A stretch of 64,000 bases of DNA from Octopus vulgaris (lineage: Eukaryota). The translations under genes and the position numbers were made by a program. Under the pieces are notes generated by a model, which saw nothing but the letters and a program-made list of their open reading frames with translations, made no database searches and was not told the DNA's origin. Below are positions 48,801-61,100 of the stretch, piece after piece (position 1 is the stretch's first letter; every line of letters starts with the position of its first letter). Where the stretch lies: the NCBI GenBank assembly GCA_951406725.2, contig OX597823.1:100440001-100504000 (forward strand), written 5' to 3'.

Positions 48801-50419
48801 CCACAGGCAAAGGGAGCCAGTCAGGCAGTACTGGTAACAACCCACACATGCATAGTGCTTATTGCATGCCACAGGCCTGGTGAGCCAGTCAGGCAGCACT
48901 GGCTACAACTACAATTTCCATTTGATTTTGATTTCACTTGACTCAATAGGTCTCCTCAAGCACGGCATGTCGCCTGACGATTCAGAGGAATTTTTTAAAT
49001 GGGCTGGTTATGCAACACTGTCGGCTACAGCTGTGATCCCACTTTACTTGCCGGGTCTTCTCAATCACAGCTTATCTCCAAAGGTCGCGGTCTTTCATCA
49101 TTGCCTCAGCAGAATTTGAACTCAAGACATAGCAACAGACAAAATACTGCTAAGCATTTCATCCGGTGTGCTAACAATTCTGCCACCTCACTGCCTTTAT
49201 AATAATAATGATAATAATAATAATAATTGTTTCTAGTTTAGACACAAGGCTAACAATTTTGAGCGGGGGAGACAAGTTAATTGCACCAATTCTAGTATTT
49301 GACTCCTCCTTTGATTGACCCAGAAAGGATATGAAAGACAGTCAGCCTCATCTTTGCCTTTCATTCATTCAAAGTCAATAGAATAAGTACCAGTTAAGTA
49401 CTGCGGTTGATATAATCGACTCACCCCTTCCCCAAATCTCGGTCCTTGTACCTATAGTAGAAAAGATTATTATTATTATTGAAGATGTCGCACAGTATCC
49501 AATATTGTGATGTTGTAGATTGAAGATATTGTGTGTATCAGGGGTTTGTATTGTTTGTCAAGTCACATGAAGTTGCAAGTAATGTTGGTTTTTGCAATAC
49601 AGCAAGATTATAGGGGATTTCTAAAGTGTCTAGATATTTCTTCAGGTTGGGTGGTATTGAACTCAATGCTCCAATGACAACAGGAATAACCTTTATGTTT
49701 GACTCTTGCAGCAGCCACATCTTGGCACATAATTATCGGACAAAATGCTGAACTACATTTCCTCTATAATAATAATTTATTTCTTTATTGCCCACAGGGG
49801 GCTAAATATAGAGGGGCAGACAAGGGAATTAAGTCGATTACATCAACCCCAGTGATTAACTGGTACTTATTTAATCGACCCTGAAAGGATAAGTTGACCT
49901 TGGCAGAATTTGAACTGAGAATGCAACGGCAGACGAAATACTGCTGGGCATTTCGCCTGGCGTGCTAACATTTCTGCCAGTTAATAATAAACTACTTTAT
50001 TATTAAATCCCTTTATCATTCACTTACAAATTTTACTTCCATGAATGTCTCTGTTTAATATAGTAAGGATTTTATTCAAGTTGGTTTGTTTGGGTAACAA
50101 CCATCACTATAATATTAAACAAAAGTAATTTTTTTCAGAAATATAAAAAAAGGAGAAGCTTACATGAGGGAGTATCTCTTGTTCGAACAAAGTCTACATA
50201 TTCATCTTCACATTGTATGTCCATACTGTCTCTCTTGATTAAATCTGGTAAAGTCCTGTAGTTATGGTATGCAATCCATCTTCTTTCACTTGGTACATAA
50301 TATGCTGGACCTCTCCAGTTATGGGACTTCCAGTCGCCAGACAAATAATTATTTGTTGGCATATGATACTCAGGTACTTTGGCTCCTGATGGAGTCACAC
50401 CGGCAGGTGAAAAAAGCAT
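45843..50419 (-). CDS. Uncharacterised ~206-aa protein, two coding exons (50419-50164, 46207-45843); possibly ciliary/sperm
   Basis: ATG at 50419 just after a ctttcag acceptor; phase-1 gtaagc donor joins a phase-1 tttttag acceptor in frame; TAA at 45845-45843; AATAAA at 45785-45780 (-). Sequence is rich in Y/P/H/W/R and not TE-like. Confidence 0.7.
47480..48120 (+). mobile_element. Degenerate RTE ORF2 internal fragment
   Basis: KGFKVNSAKT, SGKWP..RKGVGKNS..WTHKR, LEEVDK..Y.GD.ISS.GG remnants. Confidence 0.6.
49538..49740 (-). mobile_element. R4/Dong-like (REL endonuclease) LINE C-terminal fragment
   Basis: MW...VIPVVIGALSSIPPNLKKYLDTLEI....LQKPTLL. Confidence 0.65.
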
Positions 50420-50771
50420 TCTTCTGAAAGGGATAGTCAAGTAAAGAAAGAATCTTCTGTGCAGTAGAGTAACTATGGGTATTGAAATAACATTCATACG
50501 ATAAATGTGAGCAGACCATTTAGAACACTTGAATGTACTCACATGAATAGGGGAGTAACACTCAAGGGCTTCTCAGGACAGCCCACACTCTATAGCTATG
50601 CCACTGAATCTATTGCAAATATCTTTTCAAGATAATACGGCTTTCATTCTCAACTGCTGGGTCAGTTAAAATGTGAAAAATTAATGAAACCCCTGCAGGA
50701 AAATTACACCCAGGCCATTCAGATTGACAGTTCAATAACATAACTATTTAAGATGTTAAGAAATAGGAGTA

Positions 50772-51505
50772 CAGTGATCCCTCGCTAATTCGCAGTTCAA
50801 TTGTTGCGGATTTTTAACCGGTGACGTTCAGTGATTCACAACCTAAAAAACGTCTTTTTTCTGATAGCAAAGGGTGGTTTGTTAAGTTTCAGAAACGCGT
50901 CTCCCTGAATGGCGAGGCTGCTTCTGCTGACATGAGTGCTGCTGAAACATATGTGAATGAAACTTTCAAGAAGGTTATCTCCGAAGTTTTTAATATGGAC
51001 AAGACGGGCTTGTTTTGGAAAAGAATGCCATCGCGAACTTTCCTGTTCAAAAAGGAAGCAAAAACCTCTGGCTTTAAAGCATACAAGGATCGTGTGACCC
51101 TCGTGATGTGTGGCAATGCTGCAGGATTTTTGTTAAAGCCAGGACTTATTTACAAGTCTTGCTGCTACAACTACGGTTGCACCTTCGGAAGAAGTGGAAA
51201 CGGTGTCCCAGGAAAGGGCACCACTGTCAGCTTCATCATCATCATTTCTTCTGCGCAGCAAATTCATCACCATCATCATTCAAATTTTACTTCAACTTCT
51301 TTCGTGTTGAGTACAGTAACAATCTTTAATTTTTAAAAATCTAAAGTGCTTAACAGTCGTCCTTGTTATTAATAGTTGTTAACAGTACAGGGAGTTCAAA
51401 TACTCGTTAAATAAATACTGTAAATATGGTGTCCCTACTTCGCGGAAATTCAGTTATCGCGGTCGGTCTCAGAACCAATATACCGCGATAAACAAGGAAT
51501 CACTG
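50772..51505 (+). mobile_element. Internally deleted Tigger/pogo transposon
   Basis: TA|CAGTGATCCCTCG...CAAGGAATCACTG|TA; TIGD1-like peptide SKGWF..F.KR, VFNMDKTGLFWKRMP, KDRVTLVMCGNAAG. Confidence 0.9.
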
Positions 51506-52385
51506 TATTTTAAAAGGGCTAGAAATCAATATAAGAATGAGGAAAGAAATTCTCATAAAGGGGTTTCGAAATGATGATCTGCCTCAACTCATTATGTAAA
51601 CCAGCGCCACCTGTTTCATGGTTGGACCATCAGTGACTAAAGTACAGAAAAGTTTTAAAATTGTGGTAGAATATGACTGGGATTGAGGAATGGGTACAGT
51701 AGCATGGTGTTAACTTCTCACTGATCCACCTCTGATTCTTGTTTGAGATACTTTACTTCATCTAAACTGTGGTATACAGTTTGAAAATGCTATCAACAGC
51801 CTACAGTGGGAATGATTTGGGACCTCTTCTGTTTGGTTGCCAGTGGCTTCAAAAATTTAAGTTTACCGAAATTTTTTTAATTTGGCCCAAACTGAATTGT
51901 TGGATTTATTTCATTTTTCCTAGAAAAATGGGTTTTTTTTCCCACCCAATAAAGAAACAGGATTTGGAAGCTGTCATTTTGTGTCTGACTGCACATTTTG
52001 TCATCAATATTTGTAAACAACACGTGTTATGTCTCCGGTAATTTGCTTTCATGTAAAGACATGTCTATGTTAATTTAAAAAAAAGAAAAAAAACGGTTTT
52101 AAATCTCTGAGTGAGATGTTGGCAAATGAACTTTAATTTAAGAGATTTATCCAAAAAATCTTATTTAGCAGTTATTTTTAGCAAACCTCACAATCACCTC
52201 AATGACAAAAAGAAACAAACATTAAACAATTTAAATATGCTTAAAAAACATTTAACTTTCGGTTTTAATTTTAAAAATATCCTCCTCTGTTTTCGATGTT
52301 TCCATAATAAAAGCTTGCTGCCATAATCACAATGAACACGGCTTCAAATTCGTTGACACGTGCTTCCTAGCAGATAAGACTTCAA

Positions 52386-53105
52386 AATTTACATTTGACA
52401 GATATTTGTCCTCATCTTATTTGTTGTTAACACAATGTTTCTGCTGATATACCCTCCAGCCTTCATCAGGTGTCTTGGGGAAATTTCGAACCTGGGTTCT
52501 CATTCCTAAGATATTTTTCGATATTATTATTAATACCATTATTATTCAGGTCACTGCCTGGAATTAATAGCCTGCGCTCTTAATCACTACACCATATGCT
52601 TATGGGCAATTATAGAGTGAATTTTAGGGCTTATAAATCTAAAAAAAAAGCCTATCCTTCCTTAAATTGGGTATAGCTGATCATGTATGGAAAAACAGAG
52701 ACCACCTTCTCCTGCGGGATGAAGTTAAAATAATAGACAGAGAACACCACTGGAAAATACGAAAACTAAAAGAAGCAGCACATATGTTAGGACACAGCCT
52801 CCTAAGCAGACCGAGTGCAGATATGAGTAGCATATGAGAACCAGTATTAAGGCAGGATAGGAAAATATTAGATTTATAAGCCCTAAAATTCACTCCATAA
52901 TTGCCCACGGGCATATGGCGTAGTGATTAAGAGCGTGGGCTACTAACCCAAAGATCCCGAGCTGAATAATAATAATATAAATAATAATTATGACAACCAC
53001 CACCACCCAGGTTCGAAATTTACCCAAGACACCTGATGAAGGCTTAAGGGTATATCCGTCAAATGTAAATAATGTACATAATGCCTCATCTCTTAAATAT
53101 AGAAC
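52386..53105. mobile_element. Penelope-like element remnant: GIY-YIG C-terminus between inverted pseudo-LTRs
   Basis: HVW....EVKIIDREHHWKIRKLKEA at 52682-52863; 52386-52640 inverted relative to 52865-53070. Confidence 0.7.
52429..52473 (-). ncRNA. Minimal type-I hammerhead ribozyme motif (degenerate) in Penelope pseudo-LTR
   Basis: acac-CUGAUGA-a-ggcug..cagca-GAAA-cauu-gugu. Confidence 0.55.
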
Positions 53106-54230
53106 TTTAAGACTTTTCAAAGACTGCTCGGAGTCGCTTGTTATGCAACAGGCACGCTGAGAGACAAACGAGTTCTTGTGTTCAGCTTCTTACTAACAAC
53201 TCTTTATCTATTTATTTATAGCGAAAATTATTTTCAAATCATTAATAGAAAATTGATGCTGGTAGCCAAACAGAAAAGATCTAGGACTCGCCTAAGGTAA
53301 TTAGTCTGTGACAAGAAAACCTTTTGGCCAAGTAATGTCCTCGGGTCGATAGTATCGTTAAATTTTTACAAGATTTTCCCCATAAATTACTTCATAATCG
53401 TAATGTATGCCGTTTGGAAGGTATTTATATAAAATTTCATTGCCAAAATAACCCCATTTTCCTAAAACTTATGAGGGGGAAAACTCGGATCTTCTGAATT
53501 TTCCGAAGTCCTCTCCCCACCCTCCCGTTGCTTTGTGCGCATTTTTTTCTTTTTTTTTTTTTTGCATATTCGTTTCCTCCACATTTTTTTACACCATTAT
53601 TTTATATTTTCGTTTCTGGATCAAGTTGTAAACATTAACTGTATTTATTGATAACAAACCAAATCACATATAGATTAGTATTTGGGCATAGCTGCCGACT
53701 AACCCCTCGAATTTAAGAGTAAAATCCAGATACAGGAGATAATTGTGTTTGGTTGTGAAGTTCAGATCGGACAACCAAAACAAAATTTGTTTCACGTTTT
53801 CAAGAATTTTATTACCAATTTACTTTGATAGTAAATCTATCGTTTAGTTGAAAATGTAAGCTTGCGTGTATGTAATCACAATAAAAGTTTTGAATAAGGG
53901 TGTATTCGGATTTTAGTTTGTTTCTTTTATTTTTCTATCACTAATCACAAAAATGGAAACCACAAAGTAATTCAAAAGTCATCGACTTCAAGCAAATTCT
54001 ATTTTACTATATCCGTATATTCCTGTGGCGAGAAAAGAATATGAATTACTTGTGTATCGTAATCGTGACCTTACACTTATGTAAAAACCACACACATGTA
54101 ATATCTGCAAATAGTTCATCGTAGTCATTCATTCTCTGAAAACTTCCTTAAATGTTTATTAATCTGAGAAAACTATTCAAACAAAAGCGATTCAGAAGAA
54201 AATGGAAATTTTATAAAATTAATATCTTAC

Positions 54231-54290
54231 ATGGATTTCTGTTTATTGAAATTCACTAGATTGCGCGAAACAGCCAAATTCTATAACTTC
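54231..54290 (-). other. Putative non-coding first exon of the - strand gene
   Basis: Minus-strand GTAAGA donor at 54230 directly downstream of the X-boxes; start position approximate. Confidence 0.4.
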
Positions 54291-54480
54291 ACTGTTGCTA
54301 TAGTAACTTGCGTCACATCCTGTCCTGTTGCCTTAGTAACGATGTTCATTCCGCATACCGTATCGAAGTTGTTAAATAGTCATTAGTGCGGGTCACGTGT
54401 GGGCACACCGCTTGTGCTGATCTGTGTGACCCGTCGCCCCCGTCGTCTTCCGCTGCTAACGTGTTTTGGCATTCAATCGT
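54260..54480. promoter_or_regulatory. CpG-richer, possibly bidirectional promoter with two RFX X-boxes
   Basis: GTTGCTATAGTAAC (54294-54307) and GTTGCCTTAGTAAC (54327-54340); TGCGTCA between them; E2F-like TTTCGCGC on - (54263-54270); CACGTG (54394-54399). Confidence 0.7.
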
Positions 54481-57468
54481 TTTGAGTCTCAGATTTATCA
54501 TCGACTTGTAAAGATTCGTTCGTTAGTTCGTTAGTCTACGTGACTATGCTAATTAAATATTTGTTCTCTCTTCAGTTTGTTTTTTGCAGAAATCGATGAG
54601 TATCAGAATTATTGAGAGGATTAGGGAATCTCAACTTCAACCTTACCAACCTTAATTAATCCCTAGTTCTTTCTGTAACAATCCTGTCTCTTTAGGATTA
54701 TTTCATCCATATTCTTTCGATTCTAAAACGGTAGAGTGTGATTTGAAGAGATGTAGCAGCTATTTTTAGAGGGCAAGCTACTGCCGGGTAGCGACATCCA
54801 AGCTTCTCGGATTGTTACACAAGGTAGACTTGTGTCCTATAAAGTTTTGTTTCTCATCGTCGCAACCGAACTGAGATCCTCGACATTGAGATGGAGTTAG
54901 GTATACAAGTGTACGGGGATCAACTATTTATCAATTCACGGGTGAGAAATGTGTGTGGGGGGTCTAACCCTCTCTCTTTCCCAAACTGCCTGAAAACTCA
55001 TTTCTCTCATGGTTCGCATTGCGTCACAGTAAAAAGATAAGGGTACATCTCCATAATTAAGATAAACTTAAAAAAAACAGTGGGACTCGAGTGGCCATTT
55101 CACCCCCATTATAGTATAATTTCGCCTTTCATGTTTTGTCCCCACTTCGTAAGACCCTTAGTGGTCAAATAAAGAAACGGGTCCCAATCCCCTCCAAAAT
55201 AATAATAATAATAATAATAAATAAAAATAACTGGATAGTGAACGTGGTAGTGTTATTGCCAGTTTCTGTTTTAATCCATGCAATTTTTTTGAGTAATAGA
55301 GCGAGAACAGATAAATGGATGCAGAACGTAGGAAAGGATATTCTAGTTGAAAGGAGGGAGAAAAATGTTGTAGCGTGAGACAATGTTTCCATAACCCTTG
55401 CTTCATATTTCACTGAGGACAACTTTGCCTTTCATCCTTTTGGTGTCAATAGAAAAGTACTAATCCAAGGCAGTGAATTATTGGAACTGTAAGAACGTCG
55501 GAATAGATGCCTTGAATATTTGCGTTCTTAGTTCAAATCCCACCGTGTCCTACTTAGGTGGTAGATTTAAACCCGTCGTCCGGTTTGATACAACCATCTG
55601 GCACTTTGGGTGCCTTTAGAGGAGACCTCTCTGTTGCAAGTATTTGAGCCAGGTTTGGGAATACTTAACGCTGATCTCAGGATCCCTGTAAAGGGTCATG
55701 GACATTACCTTCTCACCTGATTAAAAAAAGATTTTATAAAATAAACAAAAATAACACTACAGATTGAAAATTTTTAGCAAAGTTGATTGTTTTTTTTACA
55801 ATCAAGTAAATATTTTTGTGTTTTTTTTCTTCTTTTTCTTAACGTAATCTAGGTTGACCAATAAAAGAAAGTGTCTGAGGGTTTTTGGTCAAGCCTGAAT
55901 TGTTACAAGGTTTTATCTGTGTAATGATAAAGTAAGAGTAGAAAGCAGTTTGTTAGTTACTTGAAATTAAGACTTTCTACTAATAAAAGTGCACGCATGT
56001 GATGTCTGAAACATTTCAACGTACTCCTTTCGTCACTGAAATTTTTTTTTTAATATTTGTAGAATATAGAAAACTTGTCCGCCGAAATCTTACTATTCGG
56101 ACCCTGCATGATTTGAAGTGTTCTCCCTCGCTCAGTCAGTCGGAGGTCAGTTTCCACAGATAAAAGTACCAAATTACATTTATAATACAAGATGAATCAA
56201 AGTATTTTAGAATGATAAAACAGATTTCATTTGATTTGCCTATAATTTTGTTGACTGGCTAAAATTATCATGGGTATATATTTTAAAATAAAATAGAAAA
56301 GTTACAGATTTTAGCTCAAAAAGTCGCACACATTAATAGTCGTGTGCTGTCATGAAAGTAACGTAATCCATTACTTGTAAACTTATCTTGCAATCCTGAT
56401 GTAGAAGAAAAGATTTCCAGACTTGTTTATCAAAGTATTGAAGCAAAGTTGTTAATTATGGATGTCTTCAGCGTTATTCAATTGTGAGAATTGAAGGAAA
56501 TAAAACATGAAATAGCCAGGTCAGAAAGATCGGGCTGATAATAAGACACATAATAAGGGACACATGCAAAATAGGCTGGAATGTTTGGTAATGGCTCGAG
56601 TCCGTTCGAGACACGTTGAGAATGATGGCTGTAATGACCAGAGAAATGTTTTGTGCAGCAGTGGTGAGGCAAGTGGGTTTGAGAAGAGAATTTGTCGAGG
56701 GAGAGAGCAAAGTAATAAAAAAATAGTAACTTTATTTGTAGGATTACTATTTACATATGATTGGGGTGCAAAAAGATTTCTCATAATAAAGATGCTTTTT
56801 TTGCAAGGAAGCGGGAACCACGGCTAGGGCTGTCTTAGCAGCATTATAGGCCCCCGGGCAATTGCCAGTGTGCCCTTGTCTTAAGACGGTACCGAGCACG
56901 GCTGCAACGTAGGAGGATAATGAACATGTTACAGGAATACATTTACTGCTTATCGTTTTGGAAGTGTCTCAATGGTCCGTAAACGCCTCCCAGCTGGTAA
57001 TAGAGGGTGATTGCCTCCAGATGTTGTCGGCAACGTTCTTGTCTAGTGTACCTGATAATATAGACCAGTACTACATGTGCCGTGGTCGGATTGACGACAG
57101 TGTTTCGCTGTGGCATATGACGGTGGATAAACACCCTGACAAACACATTACCTGTAACAAAGGGCTTCTATCAAACCCGTAGCGAGGTTTCATTAAGGCT
57201 TTAGCGCCTGGCACGACTGACTCTTGGCAACCCCTGAAGTTGTTTCTCAGATGCATTGACCTTGCCTTTCCTCTATTCCAAGGAGACTCAAGTAAGAAAT
57301 CCCATGAAAAGTGTGAGGACTACCCAGGGCTTAAATTAATCTTAGCTTTATTTTCTCTCGCCTGCAAAGAGTTCAAGAAGATAAGAAATGTGGTAACTAA
57401 TTATAAATCGAACTCTACGAAATTTGAACGAACAGTAAAGTTGACCTCGGCGTGATTTGAGCTCAAAA

Positions 57469-58175
57469 GGATCTTTTCCTTTTGAACGGCAGTTTTCAAC
57501 ACAATTTCTAGTTAACTAAACACTTTTAAACTTCGTATACTGGTAGAATGTGTCAAAATAAAACATTTTTTCTCTTGGCTTTTTTGAGAAAATTGTAATT
57601 TGTAAGTTTAACGTAGTTTAATTTTTCGAATTTTAACCAATCAATAGCCTCTATTGAGCTAAAATCATTTACTGCGTCTAAAACTGAGACAACATTCTGT
57701 CACTAACCCTAACCCTAAATTTTAGCCTTTCGTTTTATTTTCTTAATTGTTAAATTAATTTAATTGTTACGCATGCGTAGGGTTTTCCCCGAGAGAAGTT
57801 TTAGTCACGTCTGTTCGTTAGGGCTGCTCTTCCAAAAAGACAGATTTAGCGGAGACGCTTTCAGGTTGCAGTTCCTGTGCATGAGGGAACTTCCGGCAGC
57901 CTACCGGAAGTAATGCAATTCTGCGCATGCGCGCTGAAACTTCCACAGTAGCGTCACTACATGGCACCCCCTCGAGTGCGGAGACACAAAACAGGAAAAT
58001 TGTAGTGGCTGTAGAAAACAAAATGGCTGCCGATCCCCCAGAAGATGTGGCACACAATATGACAACAAAAAATTGAAATGCAAAAGAATATATAACATGC
58101 ACAAAGTTTTTCTTTTTTGTCTCTTCACAAAATGTCCAAGAGTAAAACATGAAATTGACCAGAAGAAAGGAATGT
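57469..58175 (+). mobile_element. One-ended DNA transposon related to the 7494-8296 MITE
   Basis: GGATCTTTTCCTTTTGAACGGCAG...TAACTAAACAC..AAACTTCG..ACTGGTAGAATGTGTCA TIR; internal CTAACCCTAACCCTAA. Confidence 0.7.
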
Positions 58176-61100
58176 CAAATGTAAATTGTTCTGCCTGATC
58201 TAGTAATATATGGTGTGCTCGGGGCACCCGTCGACGTTGAAGGTGGCATTGTAGGAGCCGGCAGAGGCAGAGGTGTCTGTGTGGGTGAATGTGTTGTCAA
58301 AGGTGCATAGGTGGGTGTGGCAACGGTGTCATCAAGAGATGAAGACACCTCAAAATGTGCTTTTTTTAGTCGGTCCACTGAAATGGTCTCCGCATGACCA
58401 TTCATTTCGATGGTGAAAACTTTGGGTGTGCGAGAAAGCACACAGAAAGTTCCTTTATAAGGAGAAACAAGAGGTCCCTTGACAGAGTCGTCTCGAACAA
58501 AAACATGCGACCACGTGTCTATATCCGGTGGGACATGAGAGGGTGGAGATTGTTGCCTGGAAAAATAAGAACGCAGTCTGGTGACATAAGACGCCGGATC
58601 ATGGGGCTGGGTAGTGTCTGGCACCAACATCGTACCAGGCAATGCCAGTGTGGTACCATACAGTAGCTCTGCAGAAGAAAAACCCAGGTCTGCCTTGACA
58701 GCAGTACAACAACCAAGAAACACAATTGTCAGAAATTCAGTCCAAGATTGTGGATCTGAAGAGGCATGAAGGGCGGCCTTCAGCTGTCTATGGAACTGTT
58801 CAACTAATCCATTAGACGCTGGATAATAACTGGTAGTGTGAATATGATGCACACCTAGAATGCGCAACAATTCATGAAATAACGAAGCTGCAAACTGACG
58901 TCCACAATCAGTAGTCAATCTGGATGGAACTCCGACACGGGAAATCCAGTTAGAAACAAAGGCTCGAGCAACAGACTCAGCAGAAATGTCTGCTATCGGA
59001 ATGGCTTCTGGCCAACGGGAGAAACGATCGACACAAGTTAAAAGATAAGAAAACCTGAGACTCACAGGCCATGGTCCAACCAGATCAATGTGGACATGGC
59101 GAAAACGGGCCTCCGTAGGGGGAAAGTGTCCAAGTAGGGCACAAACGTGCCATTGAATCTTAGACTGTTGACACTTGGAGTAAGTGCGTGGCCAAGAGTT
59201 AATAGTGCAACGCATATTCGGCCAGAAAAAACGAGCAGTGATAAGCTTAAGGGTAGCAGCGATGCCAGGATGTGATAAGGAGCGCAGTGCCTCAAACACT
59301 GAGCATTGATGATTCTCAGGCATGAGTGGCCTGGGAGAACCAGTGGAAGTATCACAAAGAATGGTACCTTCGGCTGACAGAAGCGGAAGATAGGCAAACC
59401 GGCAACAGGAGAACTTAGGCGAAGTTAAGTTTAACGTCGCCAAAGGTGGCTGCTCCTGCGAAATGGCAGTTAAGTCAATCGCAGCAGGAGACGAAAAGAG
59501 AGCAGACTGGAAGGCGAGAGAGAGCATCAGCAGGAACGTTCTCTTTTCTAGGTATGTGACGAATGTCACTGGTAAATTGTGAAATAAAATCCAAGTGACA
59601 GAAAGCACAAGGCAAGAGTTTGTCCGTTTTAGAAGACAGGGCAAAGTAAGAGGCTTGTGATCCATATAGATCACAAAATCTCGACCTTCAAGTTGATGCT
59701 GGAAATGATGAACTGATAGATAGACCGCTAGGAGTTCACAATCAAAAGTGCTGTATCGTCATTTAGCTGGTTGCAGTTGGCAGGAAAAGAAAGCCAGAGG
59801 TCAAGTATGATCGTCCACTGTGTCTACAGTTAAAGAGAGAAGTACCAGGAACCAGATGTGCAAGCAAAGAGACAGAAGCTAGATCCTTCTTGATGGACTC
59901 AAAAGCTGTCAGTGCCTCAACAGAGAGGGTGACTTGACCGTCATTTCTAGGAGTGTCCTTTAATAGCTTGGTGAGAGGAAGTAGCTTATCTGCACAACTG
60001 GGAATAAAGCATCTGTAGAAATTGATTATCCCTAGATAATGCCTGAGCTGGCGCAAGGAAGTAGGAGGTGCGATGCGTTGAATGGTATTGACTTTTGATG
60101 ACAGAGGTCTGATTCCACTCGAATCAATATGATGACCTAGAAAATCTAGAGAAGATTGTCCGAAAACACTTGTTGGGATTTATGTGTATACTATAAGTGT
60201 AAAGACACTGAAAAAGCTGAGAAAGGTGCCGGAGATGATTTTCACGGGTGTCGCTTGCAATAATTATATCATCGACATAGGCAAACACAAAATCAAGACC
60301 GCAGACAACCTCATCAATGAAGCACTGGAAAGTGCTGGTAGTATTCCGCAAACCGAATCTCATATATAAAAACTCAAAACGCCCAAAAGGGGTAGTAATC
60401 ACAGTTTTCGGAACATTGGCTGGGTTGACCGGTATTTGGTGATAAGCGCGTATAAGATTGACTTTTGAAAAAAATGGTACAACCATGAAGATTCGCCGAA
60501 AAGTCCTGAAGATTTCTTATTGGGTAGCGATCGGCTATTGTTACCGCATTGAGGCGTCGATAATCTCCTACCAGGCAAAAATCAGACTCCCCTTTTCGCG
60601 CCAAGTGAAGGGGAGACGCCCATGGGCTGGTGGATGGGTGTATTAGGCCAAGTTGGAGTATGTGCTCAAACTCGGCCCTAGCTGTTTTTAGACGGTCAGG
60701 CACGAAAAAACAGGCGGCCCAGTGGTGGTGATAAGATGAAGGGTCAAGTGGGTAGGCTTTGCCAGCTGAAAGGTAATGTCCACTAGCTCCGGAAATGAAG
60801 CCAAAAGAGAATGAAAGGCGTCTCCAGAGGTAGCAACAAAAAATGCCGGGCTAAGAACCGCATTGGTGGAACTCCTAGTCGGTGTGGAGAGTGACGTAGT
60901 ACTGTCGAGAAGCCTCCGACGCCTGACATCTACCAATAGATTAAACCGATTCAAGAAATCAGCACCAAGAATAGGATGCGGGATGTCAGCGATGATGAAA
61001 ACCCATTGAAAATCTCGATGAAGATTAATGTCGAGGCGTAGTGAAGTCTGACTGAAGGTAGATATAGGAGATGAGTCAATGGCATGCAAAACAATTGAAG

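Noticed and set aside
54596-54655. Start of a + strand protein (MSIRIIERIRESQLQPYQP*)
   Set aside because: Stops after 19 codons and no supportable downstream exon was found.
56958-57182. Host coding exon (74-aa ORF)
   Set aside because: No recognisable motif or clear splice sites; probably a degraded repeat.
57703-57718. Interstitial telomere
   Set aside because: Fewer than three TTAGGG units, embedded in a transposon family that also shows them at ~7803.
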